Assembly (NCBI RefSeq): GCF_004010195.1 | Contig: NC_057718.1 | Location: forward strand, 76,407,642 to 76,471,641 | Direction: 5' to 3' | DNA: 64,000 nt | Origin: Chiloscyllium plagiosum | Lineage: Eukaryota | In this document: one piece after another, positions 24,785 through 38,300 of the stretch | How positions within the stretch are numbered: position 1 is the stretch's first letter | How the letters are laid out: every line of letters starts with the position of its first letter | Notes under the pieces: model-generated | Told to the model about the DNA's origin: nothing | The model's input: only the letters and a program-made list of their open reading frames with translations | Databases searched by the model: none | Position numbers and translations under genes: made by a program

Positions 24785-26240
24785 TCATAGAGTCAGAGAA
24801 ATGTATAATATGGAAACAGACCCTTCAGTCCAACTTGTCCATGCTGACCACACATCCTAAATTAATCTAGTCCCATTTGCGAGCATTTGGCCCATATCCT
24901 TCTCAACCTTTCTTATACCCATCCAGATTCCTTTTAAATGTTGTAATTGTACCAGCCTCCTCCACTTCCTCTGGAAGTTAATTCCATTCATGCACCACCC
25001 TCTGTGTGAAACAATTGTCCATTAGATCCCTTTTAAATCTTTTCCCTCTCACCTTAAACCTATGCCCTCTAGTTTTGAATTCCCCTACCCTAGGAAAAAG
25101 AATTTGACTATTCACTTCGTCCATGTCCCTCATGTTTTTATAAGGTCACGCTCAGCCTCCAGTGCTCCAAGAGAAATAGCCCCAGCCTATTCAGCTTCTC
25201 TTTCTAGATCAAATCCTCCAACTTTGGCAACATCCTTGCAAATCTTTGCTAGACCCTATCAAGTTAAATGACATCTTTCCTGTACTAGAGAGACCAGAAT
25301 TAAACACAATACTCCAAAAGTAGTCTAACCAATGTCCGGTACAGTCACAACATGACCTTCCAACTCCTACATTCAATGCACTGACCAATAAAGGAAAGCA
25401 TACCAAATGCCTTCTTCTCTATCCTAACTACTTGTGTCTCCACTTTCAAGGAACTATGAACTTGCACTCCAAAGTTTCTTTGTTTGGCAACACTCCCCAG
25501 ACCTTATCATTAAGTATATAAGTCCTGCCCTGATTTGCCCTATCAAAATGTAGTACATCGCATTTTTCTAGATTAAACTCCATCCATTGGCCCATCTAGT
25601 TGAGATAACCTTCTTCGCTGTCCAATACACTTCCAATTTTGGTGTCATCTGTAAATTTACTAAGCAGACCTCCTATATTTACATCCAAATCATTTATATA
25701 AATGACAAAAAGCACCAATCCTTGCAGCACACTGCTGATCACAGGCTTCCAGTCCAAAAACCAAGCCTCTACCTTCACCCTCTGTCCTGTCTTTGAACCG
25801 GTTCTGTATCCAAATGGCTGGTTCTCTCTGTATTTCATGTGATCTCACCTTGTTAACCAGTCACAGGAGGATTAAATGGATTGTCAAATGGGCAGATCTG
25901 TGGCAGAAGGAATTTAGTCCTGATACATGTGACATAATGCACTTTGGAAGAAGGGACAAAACAAGGGAACCTCATCGAATGCCTTACTGAAGTCCATATA
26001 GACAACATCTACCACTCTGCCTTCATCAATCCTCTTCATCACTTCTACAAAAAACTCAATCAAGTTACTGAGACACAATTGCTCATGCACAAAGCCATGT
26101 TGACTGTTCCTAATCAGTCCTTGCCTTTCCAAATACATGTAAATCCTGTCCCTCAGAATCGCCTCTAATAACTTGCCCACCACCGATGTCAGGCTCACCG
26201 GTTTCAAGGTCCCTGGCTTTCTTTAACCCATTTCTTCAGT
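24785..26240 (-). mobile_element. 5'-truncated CR1 LINE
   Basis: PVSLTSVVGKLLE...QHGF...DVVYMDFSKAFD (25914-26207) and SKFTDDTKIG. Confidence 0.93.
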
Positions 26241-26479
26241 TTAGCTTCAAGTTTTCTTTTACTCCACTGATTGTAAAATGCTTTGGAATATCTTGGCATC
26301 ATGAAATATGCAATATAATTAACAAAAAAAGGTAAGTTAATTCATTCATCAATAACATTGACAGCGTCAACAGTTTTACATCTGTCATGAAATTCTCAGC
26401 ATCTGTTACTCAAGGTCATCATATTCTGTATATGCAATAATCAATGTGAAGGAAATTAGCAGAAGTTTTGTTCAGAGAT

Positions 26480-27725
26480 AGTTAGCATGGCTTTGATATA
26501 GAGGAGGTCATGCCTAAAAAACTGATTGAAATTTTGAGGAAGTGACCAAATGTCAGGATGAGGGTAGTGCAGTTGATGTCATTTACGTAGTTTTCAGCAT
26601 GGGCTTTGACTCCCACATTCAGAAGTGATGAAAAAGGTGAACACTCATTGTATCCAGGTAACTTGGCAAGATAGATATAAAATTGACTTAGTGGCAGGAG
26701 ACAAAGGGTGGTGGTAGAAGGCTGTTAGCATGACTGGAGGTTCGTGTCCAGTAGCGTACCATAGGGATCAGCGCTGCATCCCTTATTGTTTGTGACATAT
26801 AGTTATAAACGATATGGATGACAATGTGGGGTATGATAAGTAAGTTTGTGAATGACACAAAGTTTGGCCAGGTGGTTAGTGAGGAAGAAGGTATTAGGCT
26901 ATAGATGGTTATAAATGCATCAGTCAGGTGGGCAGATTGAATTTAATCCTGATACATGCAACATGATGCACTTTGGAAGAAGGGACAAATCAAGGGAATA
27001 TTCAATAAATGTCAGGACAATAGAAAACTCAGAAGAACAGAGGAAACTTGGGGTGTTTTTCTACAGATTCCTGAAGGTAGCAGGGCAGGTTAATAGTGTA
27101 GTTAAGAAGGCAGAAAGGGTACTTGTATGTTGAGGCATAGATTATAAGAGTAGGGAGGACATGTTAGAGCTGTACATAACTTTGGTTAGGCCCAGTTGGA
27201 ATTCTGTGTGCAGACTGGTCACCGCATTGCAGGGTGTGCACAACGAGATCCACAAGGATGGTGTCTGAGATGGCGTACTTTAGCTATGAACAAAAGCCAA
27301 ATAAACTTGGCTCGTTTACTTTTGAGCAGAGAGGATGGGGGGCGGGGGGGAGTGCAGGTTGGGGGGTGCCTTACTAGAGGTACATAAGATTATAAGGGGT
27401 ATGAACAGGGTGCATAGGAAGAAGCTGTTCCTTGGAATTGAAAGGCTAATAACAAGCAGGCACACTTCTAGGCGAAAGAGTAAGAAGTTTAGAGGGGATT
27501 TGAGATAAAAAGCATTTCACCTAGAGATGGTGGGTGTCTGGAGGGTAATAGAGGCAAGAAACCTCAGTTTTAAAAATGTATCTGGATGAGCACTTGCAAT
27601 GTCATAACATTCAAGACTGTGGGCTCAGTGCTGAAAAGTGGGTCCAGTGTACATTTAATGTAGTTTTGGCAATACTGTTTCAGTTGGCCAAAGAAGGCCT
27701 CTTCTGTACTGTATGATCCTGTGAT
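26480..27725 (+). mobile_element. 5'-truncated CR1 LINE (older subfamily)
   Basis: Degenerate RT blocks (GVPxGSALxP, SKFVNDTK, FNPDxCxMMHFG) and a CR1-type 3' end. Confidence 0.85.
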
Positions 27726-27759
27726 TTTGGTCTTTTTTGCATCCGTCCCTCAATGTGAA

Positions 27760-28510
27760 ATCATTTGCTTGAGTTAAGAGCATTCTCAGATGTATTACTC
27801 AAAACAAGGGTGACCTTAGCACTTATAGCCCAATTGAAGCCATTCTCAAGATACATTCTTCAGTGTCAGGGCAGTTTGAGGATGTATTATTCAGCGTCAA
27901 TATGAGCCAAGCATCTATTTTTCAACAGCATGGCATTCTCAGCATCTTCTGTTCAATTGCTTAATATAATGGTATCCTCAGCATCAATGAGTAACTCCTG
28001 GTTGTCATCTTTGTTTTAAATCCTTCTATGCCCTCCCTGTTCTCTAACCCTGTATTTGCTAGAACTATCCAAGATGTCAGAACCTCTATAATTCTAGCTT
28101 CTTGAACATCTCAGACTTTAATTGTCCCAGCTTTGGTGACTGTGCACTGGAATACCCACCTTGTACCCCTCTGCTGTACTTTATTTTCCTTCTTTAATGC
28201 ATTCTTTAAAACTATCTCTCTGTCCAAGCTTTTGGTTACTTACTCAATATCTCCTTTATGTGGAGTCCTGTTATATTTTGTTTTGCTGTGAAGCATCTTG
28301 GAACATTTTATTATGTTAAACGTCTGTATAAAAGTAAGTTATTGTTGTTACATTCTCAGTATCAGTTGCTTAATAACATTATATTCTCAGGATATGCTAT
28401 CAATGGTGATGCAAAATCTCTATTTATTGCTCAACGTAAGGACATTCTAAGGCTCTCTTGTTCTATGTCAGAACACTCTCAACTTTTGCTCCCCAATATC
28501 AAGACATTCA
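27760..28510 (+). repeat. Degenerate 31-bp tandem array, segment 1 (with a short unrelated insert)
   Basis: Recurring CATTCTCAG...TATT(A/G)CTCAA(T/C)(A/G)TCA. Confidence 0.6.
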
Positions 28511-28539
28511 CATAAACCCATTGTTCAAAATCATATTTA

Positions 28540-29000
28540 ATTAATTAGATTTTTTTTGATAAAGTAACAGGTAAAAGATTGAGGAAGATGATACAGTTGA
28601 TGTGATATGCATAGACTTCCAAAAAGCATTTGTGAAATACTGCATAAAAGGCTAATAAGTAGGAAAGGAACAGTAGCTACGAAAGTTCAAAATTGACCAA
28701 CTGACAGCAAAAGTATGTAATGGAAAATAGCTATTTTTTGGACAGGAGCTTTCATGAGCAAAGTTTGGGTGTGCAAGGCACTGTTTCAAAATTCGCCGAT
28801 GACATAATACTGGGAAGTATTATGAACTGTGAGAAGAACAGTAATGAATTTCCAGAAGACATTGACAGGCAGGTGAAACAGGCAGAGAAGGAATAAATTA
28901 ATTTAATGAACAGAAAGAATAAATTATACATTTTGGTAAAATAAATGTCAGAGAGGCAATATAAAATAAAAGAGACAACTTTAAAGAGGGAAGGGGAGCA
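28540..29000 (+). mobile_element. Old CR1 RT fragment
   Basis: DVICIDFQKAF and SKFADD blocks. Confidence 0.75.
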
Positions 29001-29009
29001 AAGATGCTG

Positions 29010-29620
29010 AGGATATTGAACTCTTCTTATATTGCCTTTGCCTCCATGCCAACCTTTTTGGACAGGCATCTTCCCTCTGCTCCAAGGACTCTTTCACTTA
29101 ACTCAAATATTTTCCGTCGACCTCGAAATCTCCCTTTGGCTGCATGTCCACATTTGATCCTTGCATTGAGAATTGTCAACCTGACATAGGCCACCAAAAT
29201 TTCACTGCTCCCTTGCCTTCCTCTGAAATTGTCATTCTCCATTTTCTCAGGCCCAATCCTGACTTTGTAATTAAATGTGCCAGTAAGGGTGGCGCTGTTG
29301 TTTGGCAGGCTGACCTCTAACTGCAGGGGCTCAATGCTAACTAGTAAACACTTCTTCCCATCTTCTGGACCATGACCTCACCATTGAAAATCAAGCTGTT
29401 GTTCCCAGAACTATTGTAGACCTCGTCTTCTCTGGAGATCTCTCTTCCTCAGCTTCCCACCTCATAGTCTCACAAGCATGCGCAGCCTGCTTCCCATCTT
29501 CTTCTCAAAATCCACAAACTGGACTTCCCTGGAAGACCCAAGACTTTAATTTGCTCCTGCTCCAATGAACTTATTCTTTCCGATCCTTACTTCATTTTCT
29601 CTCCCTTCATTCAGTCTCTT
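29010..29620 (+). mobile_element. Old Penelope-like RT fragment
   Basis: KIHKLDFPGRP (about 29507-29540) parallels NIHKPDHPGRP of the PLE at 31832-32429. Confidence 0.7.
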
Positions 29621-29814
29621 GTCATCCAATATATTCTTGGTCTGTCCTAAAATTTTGTGGGAACAAATTCCAAAGAAATTGGAATTATTTAAGTTGAAAA
29701 GTTTTCTAGGTCGAGGGTAATGAGACTAGGCGAATTGCCTTTGAGATAGCTAGCATCAGCATAATAGGCCAAGTGGTCTCCTTCTCTATTATAACCATTC
29801 TTCAGTTTCAAACT

Positions 29815-30490
29815 TTATTTTTTCATGGATGTGGATTTTGCCAGCAAGGCCTGTAATTCACTGCCCCTAATTTTATACTTTTAATCATTCACAGGATATG
29901 GGCATTGCTACCTTGGCCAGCATTTATTGCCCATTCCTAGTTTCTCTTGGCAAAGTGGATGTGAGCTGCCTTCTTGAACCATTGCAGTCCATGTATTGTA
30001 GGTAAACCCCAATGCTGCTGAAAAAGACTTCCAGGATTTTGACCCAGTGATCTTTCAGTGGTGGTGTTCCCATGTATGTGCTATACTTGTCCTTCTAGAT
30101 GGAAGTGGTTGTAGGCTTGGAAGGTGCTATCTAAGGAGCCTTGGTGAATTTCTGTAGTACATCTTATAGATGGTACACACTGCTGCTAATGAGCATTTGT
30201 TGTGGAGAAGATGGATGTTTGTGGAGTTGTGGAATTGCCCTTGAACTGACTGCCCTGATTGGCCATTAGAGCCGGCCACATTTTGGTAGATCTATAGGCT
30301 AAGTAAGGATGGCAGATTTTCTTCTGTAAGGGGCATTAATGAACCAATTAGATTATTTTAGCTCACCAATACTGAGACCAGCTTTTGATTCCAGATTTAT
30401 TAATTGAATTTCAATTCCACCAGCTGCCACTGTGAGATTTGAACCATATCTCCAGAGCATTAGCCTGGTGCTAGTCCAGTTACACCACTG
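29815..30490 (-). mobile_element. L2-type 3' tails and L2-tailed SINE remnant
   Basis: Reverse complement of the sequence at 50510-50930 and 52100-52240 (CAGCATTTATTGCCCA; GATGGCAGATTT...AATTTCAATTCCACCAGCTGCC). Confidence 0.7.
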
Positions 30491-30686
30491 TTACTTTTCC
30501 TTTCCTTTTTTTCCAAACCATTGCTCAATATCAAGGGAATCAGCATCTATTTGTCAATATTGGGGAGTGTCAACATTGGTTTCTCAATGGGGTAAAAACA
30601 ATGACTGCAGATGCTGGAAACCAGATTCTGGATTAGTGGTGCTGGAAGAGCACAGCAATTCAGGCAGCATCCGAGGACAGGCAAAA

Positions 30687-30718
30687 TCGACGTTTCGGGC
30701 AAAAGCCCTTCATCAGGA
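30687..30718 (-). ncRNA. Minimal type I hammerhead ribozyme motif
   Basis: Minus strand TC-CTGATGA-A-GGGC-TTTT-GCCC-GAAACGTC-GA: both core boxes, 4-bp stem II, palindromic ACGT in place of stem III, GUC cleavage triplet. Confidence 0.75.
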
Positions 30719-31026
30719 ATAAAGGCAGAGAGCCTGAAGCGTGGAGAGATAAGCTAGAGGAGGGTAGGGGTGGGGAGAGAGTGGCATAGAGTACAATAGG
30801 TAAGTGGGGAAGGAGATGAAGGTGATAGGTCAGGGAAGAGAGGGTGGAGTGGATAGGTGGAAAAGGAGCTGGGCAGGTCGGACAAGTCCGGACAGGTCAG
30901 GGGACCGAGTTTCTGGAGGTTAGAAGCTAGGATGAGGTGGGGGAAGGGGAAATGAGGAAACTGTTAAAATCCACATTGATGCCCTGGGGTTGAAGTGTTC
31001 CGAGGCGGAAGATGAGACGTTCTTCC

Positions 31027-31831
31027 NNNNNNNNNNNNNNNNNNNNNNNNNNNNNNNNNNNNNNNNNNNNNNNNNNNNNNNNNNNNNNNNNNNNNNNNNN
31101 NNNNNNNNNNNNNNNNNNNNNNNNNNNNNNNNNNNNNNNNNNNNNNNNNNNNNNNNNNNNNNNNNNNNNNNNNNNNNNNNNNNNNNNNNNNNNNNNNNNN
31201 NNNNNNNNNNNNNNNNNNNNNNNNNNNNNNNNNNNNNNNNNNNNNNNNNNNNNNNNNNNNNNNNNNNNNNNNNNNNNNNNNNNNNNNNNNNNNNNNNNNN
31301 NNNNNNNNNNNNNNNNNNNNNNNNNNNNNNNNNNNNNNNNNNNNNNNNNNNNNNNNNNNNNNNNNNNNNNNNNNNNNNNNNNNNNNNNNNNNNNNNNNNN
31401 NNNNNNNNNNNNNNNNNNNNNNNNNNNNNNNNNNNNNNNNNNNNNNNNNNNNNNNNNNNNNNNNNNNNNNNNNNNNNNNNNNNNNNNNNNNNNNNNNNNN
31501 NNNNNNNNNNNNNNNNNNNNNNNNNNNNNNNNNNNNNNNNNNNNNNNNNNNNNNNNNNNNNNNNNNNNNNNNNNNNNNNNNNNNNNNNNNNNNNNNNNNN
31601 NNNNNNNNNNNNNNNNNNNNNNNNNNNNNNNNNNNNNNNNNNNNNNNNNNNNNNNNNNNNNNNNNNNNNNNNNNNNNNNNNNNNNNNNNNNNNNNNNNNN
31701 NNNNNNNNNNNNNNNNNNNNNNNNNNNNNNNNNNNNNNNNNNNNNNNNNNNNNNNNNNNNNNNNNNNNNNNNNNNNNNNNNNNNNNNNNNNNNNNNNNNN
31801 NNNNNNNNNNNNNNNNNNNNNNNNNNNNNNN
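31027..31831. other. Assembly gap (others at 36191-36541, 37641-38101, 48176-48192, 49917-50202)
   Basis: Runs of N, all inside young PLE or CR1 copies. Confidence 0.99.
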
Positions 31832-32429
31832 CCCCTTTGGTCTGGAGGAATTGGGAGGATTCAAAGGAGAAATTGTTAAGGGTGAGGACCAGTTCGGCCA
31901 AACGAATGAGAGTGTCGGTGGAGGGGTACTGTTGGGAACGTCTGGAGAGGAAAAAACGGAGGGCTTGGAGGCCCTGGTCATGGCGGATGGAGGTGTAGAG
32001 GGATTGGATATCCATGGTGAAGATGAGGTGTTGGGGGCCGGGGAAACGGAAGTCTTGGAGGAGGTGGAGGGCGTGGGTGGTGTCTCGGACGTATGTGGGG
32101 AGTTCCTGGACTAGGGGGGATAGGACAGTGTCGAGGTAGGTAGAGATGAGTTCAGTGGGGCAGGAGCATGCTGAGACAATGGGTCGGCCAGGGTGGTCAG
32201 GCTTGTGGATGTTGGGAAGGAGGTAGAACCGGGCAGTGCGGGGTTCCCGGACTATGAGGTTGGAAGCTGTGGGTGGGAGATCTCCTGAGGTGATGAGGTT
32301 GTGTATGGTCTGGGAGATGATGGTTTGGTGATGGGGGGTGGGGTCATGGTCAAGGGGGCGGTAGGAAGAGGTGTCCTCGAGTTGGCGTTTGGCTTCAGCG
32401 ATGTAGAGGTCAGTGCGCCAGACTACCAC
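31832..32429 (-). CDS. Penelope-like reverse transcriptase (partial; continues into the N gap)
   Basis: Uninterrupted frame of about 199 codons with PLE RT motifs. Confidence 0.85.
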
Positions 32430-32444
32430 TGCGCCCCCTTTGAT

Positions 32445-33060
32445 ACTTTCTCAGCATCTAATGCTCAATATCATTGCATTCTTGGGACCTGTTCCTAAAT
32501 GTCTGGGTATTTGCATAATGTATTACTCAATATCAGAGAATTCTCAGCATCAGTTATTCAATCTTAACACATTCTCAAGATACAGTGCTGAATGTGAGCA
32601 GTATTGTAACATCAGTTGTTGAATTCAGGCCATTTCAGCACCTGTTATTCAAGGTCTGATCATTCTGAGGATATAATGTCCTGGTCAGACATTCTGAGAA
32701 TGTATATAGATCAATGCACTATCAGTATCTATTACTTAATGTTAAAAATTATCTCAGGATATACTGTTCTACATCAGGTCAATCAAAGCATCAATTATTA
32801 AAAACAAAGCGTGATAAGTATCAATTGCTCAGTGTCAAAATATTTTCATTATCTATTGATCTATCTCTGGATAGATTAAGACATATAGTTTGATGCCAGG
32901 ACAATCTCTGTACCTGTGGCTCTACTTTGATAAGCTGCATCACTCAATATCAGTGCATTATCAGGATGCATATCTCAATATTCAATTTGCAGGATGATTT
33001 CTCAACATCATTGCATTCTAAGGATACATTCCTCAATATGAGCACAGTTTCCAGCACATT
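32445..33060 (+). repeat. Degenerate 31-bp tandem array, segment 2
   Basis: Repeated CTCAATATCA(G/T)TGCATT(C/A)T(C/A)AGGAT(G/A)CAT. Confidence 0.75.
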
Positions 33061-34669
33061 GACACCTATACTTTGGGCACTTTGACCAGTTTACATACTG
33101 AAAATGCATTATCCAAACACTCTTGTTGATGAGACGGACAAAAGGACACAGAATTTGGTGTTCCACTCAATAAAATATTCTTTATCAAAACTCCATATGG
33201 GCACTTCCCAAATTCCTACACTTGTTCTATCCAGCTTTATTCATCTGCAAAGTGATATTACAAGCAATGATCCAAGTCTTTGAGCTGGTCCGTTAGAATC
33301 TCCTTCCTTTCTGAGGTAGAGCTGGCTTTCTTCCACAAAGGCCTGTCTCTCAGATTAGGGCAGATCCTCTCGTGGGTCTTCTTGTGTGTCACACAGTATT
33401 CTACCATGGGTCTTGCTGTGGGTCTTCACTGAAGTAGTGGCATCCAGGTGTGTGTTTTTATGCCCCCTCACCCTGGACTTTCATGAATGTTCTGTGGCTT
33501 TTCGCCAATGGGGTCATGAGCATGGTTCAAAGCATCCAATGGGGTTGTGCCCATAACCTTCACTGTTGCATTCTCGGCACTGTTGCATTCTCTTGGGCAG
33601 GTCTTGGCCAGTGAGATTGAGGATGGTGGCAATGAAACTGGTGAACAGGGGATGCAGCTCTGCTTGATTCCTATCTCCATGGTGAAAGGCTCAGACTCCA
33701 ACTCACAGTTGCTAAGCACTGTCACGGACATTTCAACATGCAGCCGCCTCAGCAACCTGAACTTATCAGGGCAGCCACATCATGACGGTATCTGCCAGAC
33801 CACCTGGCTGTTAACTGTGTCAAAGGCCTTAGGGTGATGAAGGCCACGTAAAGCCGTTGTTTCTTTTCCTGACATTTTTTTTGTAATTGAGATACTGTGA
33901 AGATCATGTCTGTTATTCCTCTGGATGGATGGAAGTCACACTGTGATTCAAGGAGTATTTCCTCAGGTAATGGCTGAAGTCTATTGGCAAGGGTACATGC
34001 AAGTACTTTGCCAGCGGTTAACAGAAGGGAGATAACAGAAGGCTTCTGTAATTCGCACAGTCAGCCTTGTCACCCTTTTTGAATATAGTCACAATCAGAA
34101 CATCCCTGGGCTCCAAGGGGAATTCTTCTTTGAGCCAAATCTTCAATAGCAAAGCATATATGTATTCGTACAGAGTTGGGCCACCCTCCTTTCAGATCTC
34201 TGCAGGAATCCCTTCAGGACCAGCAACCTTGTTGCTTTTTAGGCTCTTTGTGATTCTTGTACTTTGGTCACACTGGGAGGTTCTTCCATGTCATCATGCA
34301 TGGATCACTGGGTGATTTCATTGGTGATTTCCAAGTTAACATTGGTATTATAATTGAGGACCTCTTGAAAATGCTCTTTACAATGGGTGTTTTTTGCTTC
34401 ATTGTCCTTGAACAGTTGTGGTCCATCTTTAAAGTGCAGAGGGTTAGACTACAGTACCTTTGACTGTGTACTGCCTTGGTGGTGCTGAAGAAGTCTCTTG
34501 TGTCACTGGCATCTGCCATTTGCTGGATTTATAAGGCCTTATCAGTCCACCATTTGTTTTTGACCTCCCGTACCTTCTTTTGGACATCAGCCTTAACTTA
34601 GATATCAGCCTTCTTATGGTGTTGCAATTGGTGCCACTCTGCTCGTCACAGGAGGCTGTCCTTTGTTTT

Positions 34670-34850
34670 GGAGAATGTGAGTACTAGAGATGCTGGAGAT
34701 CTGAGTCAAGAATGTGGTGCTGGAAAAGCGCAGCATATCAGGCAGCATCCAAGGAGCAGGAGAATCGAATGAGGCCTCACTCCTGATGAAGGACTTTTGC
34801 CCAAACATCAATTCTCCTGCTCCTCAGATGCTGCCTGATCTGCTGTCCTT
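34670..34850. mobile_element. Fold-back PLE-derived mini-element inside the RTE
   Basis: Inverted repeat GGCAGCATCCAAGGAGCAGGAGAAT / ATTCTCCTGCTCCTCAGATGCTGCC. Degenerate CTGATGA core at 34783. Confidence 0.85.
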
Positions 34851-35343
34851 TTTTCAAAGGTGAGCTTTCTGCGCCATTCTCATTGTATCAGTCCTGATGG
34901 TTTCTGAACTTGTAGCAGAGGATTATGTTGGGCACTGAGAGTGATTGATTTAAGTATTCTCCTAGACATAGGTCTCCTATGTCCTCTGGGTATTCCTGAG
35001 GTAGGTTTTTAGCAAGTGTGGCCAGTAGGTGTTGCGTAGTGACCATGTCACCTAGGCTCTCGATGTTGAATCTTGGCTGGGTCTGCTTCTTCTGAATCTT
35101 CATATTTCTATGTAGTCAGCTGGACATGATGGAACAGATAAGGTGGTGATCAGTCCAACAGTCATCTGAGCCAATCATAACTCTAGTGATATTCACGCCC
35201 TGAAGCAAACAATGACATGGTCAATGAAGTGCCATTGTTTGGAGCATGGATGCCTCCAAGATGCTTTGAATTTATTTTTCTGATGGAAGAGTGCATTTGT
35301 ACTCAGCACATTTTCTCTTCTTTTAGTGCTATTCCAAATGCTG

Positions 35344-38300
35344 GGTAATCCAAGTTGGAGGACGGGAAAAATATCTGGCTGTAAGAGCTGCTCCTTTTTT
35401 TGAGATATTTTAGGTATTGGAAGTGATTCCCTTGAATTCCAGGAGCAGCAATTACTGTTTTATATGCTGTTGTATTGTTTTGGAACTTTGGAAAAAAAAG
35501 TAAAAACAACAGCAGTTTAAAAGGGAGAAGAGCAGAAAAAGGAAGCACATGGTGAGGACAGTGCAGGAGAGAGAGAGAGAGAGAACCTGCACAGTTACTG
35601 CCTTTGCTGTTTGAATTCATGTATCGCTGGACATCAGAGTGCATCTGGGAAAACTAACAAACAGTGAAATTCACAACTTGGAGGAACTGTTGGGCGAAGT
35701 TCACAGCACAGAATCAGATAAGTTAATTGTTGTTTTAAGTCTGTCCAAGAGAAAGGCTGCAGTAGTGAGTATAGTGGATTCTTTCTTGATTATATGTTTT
35801 TGGAGATAAGTCTCTTGATTAAACTTAAAATATATGCCATAACTATTAATTTAACCTGCGGCAGTATTTGTGGAGGAATAAGACGGTGTTATTTCTGGGT
35901 CTGTAGATTGTGAAGGAGCAAAAATGGCCTTTGCAGTGATATGTACTTCTTGTCAGATGTGGGAATTCAAGGAGAGTTTAAGAGTTACAGTGGATTATAT
36001 CAACCATAAATACTGTTGGATGCGAATCTTATCAGATTGAGTGGATCGGTTGGAGAGACAGATAGAAGCGATGAGGAATTTGCAACAGCAACAATATGTG
36101 ATGGATGGCAGTTATAGGAAGGGGGGAAGTCTCGGATGCAGTCACATAGTTGGGTTAACTGCAGGAAGGGTAAGAGAGGTAGGCAGCTAGNNNNNNNNNN
36201 NNNNNNNNNNNNNNNNNNNNNNNNNNNNNNNNNNNNNNNNNNNNNNNNNNNNNNNNNNNNNNNNNNNNNNNNNNNNNNNNNNNNNNNNNNNNNNNNNNNN
36301 NNNNNNNNNNNNNNNNNNNNNNNNNNNNNNNNNNNNNNNNNNNNNNNNNNNNNNNNNNNNNNNNNNNNNNNNNNNNNNNNNNNNNNNNNNNNNNNNNNNN
36401 NNNNNNNNNNNNNNNNNNNNNNNNNNNNNNNNNNNNNNNNNNNNNNNNNNNNNNNNNNNNNNNNNNNNNNNNNNNNNNNNNNNNNNNNNNNNNNNNNNNN
36501 NNNNNNNNNNNNNNNNNNNNNNNNNNNNNNNNNNNNNNNNNGAGGAGCTGGTATACGGGAGAAGGATTCACATTTTTGGATCATTGGAATCTCTTTTGGG
36601 GTAGAAGTGACCTGTACAAGAAGGATGGATTGCACCTAAATTGGATGGGGACTAATATACTGGCAGGGAGATTGCTACAACTGCTTGGGAGGATTTAAAC
36701 TAGTAAGGTTTAAACTAGTAAGATGGGGGTGGGACCCAGGGAGATAGTGAGGGAAGAGATCGATCTGAGACGGGTACAGCTGAGAACAGAAGTGAGAAAA
36801 AAGGCAGGGCAGGCAGGGACAAGGTAGGACTAATAAATTAAACTGCATATATTTCAATGCAAGGGGCCTAACAGGGAAGGCAGATGAACTCAGGGCATGG
36901 TTAGCAACATGGGACTGGGATATCATAGCAATTACAGAAACATGGCTCAGGGATGGGCAGGACTTGCAGCTTAATGTTCCAGGATGCTACAGGAAGGATA
37001 GAAAGGGAGGCAAGAGAGGAGGAGGAGTGGCATTTTTGATAAGGGATAGCATTACATCTGTGCTGAGAGAAGATATTCCTGGAAATACATCCAGGGAAGT
37101 TATTTGGGTGGAACTGAGAAATAAGAAAAGGATGATTACCTTATTGGGATTGTAATATATACTCCACAATAGTCAGAGGGAAATTGAGAAACAAACTTGT
37201 AAGGAGATCTCAGCTATCTGTAAGAATAATAGGATAGTTATGGTAGGGGATTTTAACTTTCCAAATATCGACTGGGACTGCCATAGTGTTAAAGGTTTAG
37301 ATAGAGAGGAATTCTTAAGTGTGTACAAGACAATTTTCTGATGCAGTATGTGGATGTACCTACTGGAGAAGGTGCAAAACTTGACCTACCCTTGGGAAAT
37401 AAGGCAGGGCAGGTGACTGAAGTGTCAAAGGGGGAGCACTTTGGGGCCAGCGACCATAATTCTATTTATTTTAAAATCGTAATGGAAAAGATAGACTAGA
37501 TCTAAAAGTTGAAGTTCTAAATTGAACAAAGGCCAATTTTGATGGTATTAGTCAACAACTTTTGAAAGCTGATTGGAGGCAGATGTTTGCAGGTAAAGGG
37601 ACGGCTGGAAAATGGGAAGCCTTCAGAAATGAGATAACAANNNNNNNNNNNNNNNNNNNNNNNNNNNNNNNNNNNNNNNNNNNNNNNNNNNNNNNNNNNN
37701 NNNNNNNNNNNNNNNNNNNNNNNNNNNNNNNNNNNNNNNNNNNNNNNNNNNNNNNNNNNNNNNNNNNNNNNNNNNNNNNNNNNNNNNNNNNNNNNNNNNN
37801 NNNNNNNNNNNNNNNNNNNNNNNNNNNNNNNNNNNNNNNNNNNNNNNNNNNNNNNNNNNNNNNNNNNNNNNNNNNNNNNNNNNNNNNNNNNNNNNNNNNN
37901 NNNNNNNNNNNNNNNNNNNNNNNNNNNNNNNNNNNNNNNNNNNNNNNNNNNNNNNNNNNNNNNNNNNNNNNNNNNNNNNNNNNNNNNNNNNNNNNNNNNN
38001 NNNNNNNNNNNNNNNNNNNNNNNNNNNNNNNNNNNNNNNNNNNNNNNNNNNNNNNNNNNNNNNNNNNNNNNNNNNNNNNNNNNNNNNNNNNNNNNNNNNN
38101 NAGGATGTACATGTATTTGGAAAGGCAAGGATTAATTCAGGATAGTCAACATGGCTTTGTGCATTGGAAATCATGTCTCATAAACTTGATTGAGTTTTTT
38201 GAAGAAGTAACAAAGAAGATTGATGAGGGCAGAGCAGTAGATGTGATCTATATGGACTTCAGTAAGGCGTTCGACAAGGTTCCCCATGGGAGACTGATTA

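Larger units (their letters stand above)
30591..32440 (-). mobile_element. Young 5'-truncated Penelope-like element spanning an assembly gap
   Basis: Open RT frame FYLLPNIHKP...GRPIVS...FTMDIQSLYTSI...QTKG. Endonuclease C-terminus EERLIFRLGTLQPQGIN. 3' end carries a hammerhead. Confidence 0.95.
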
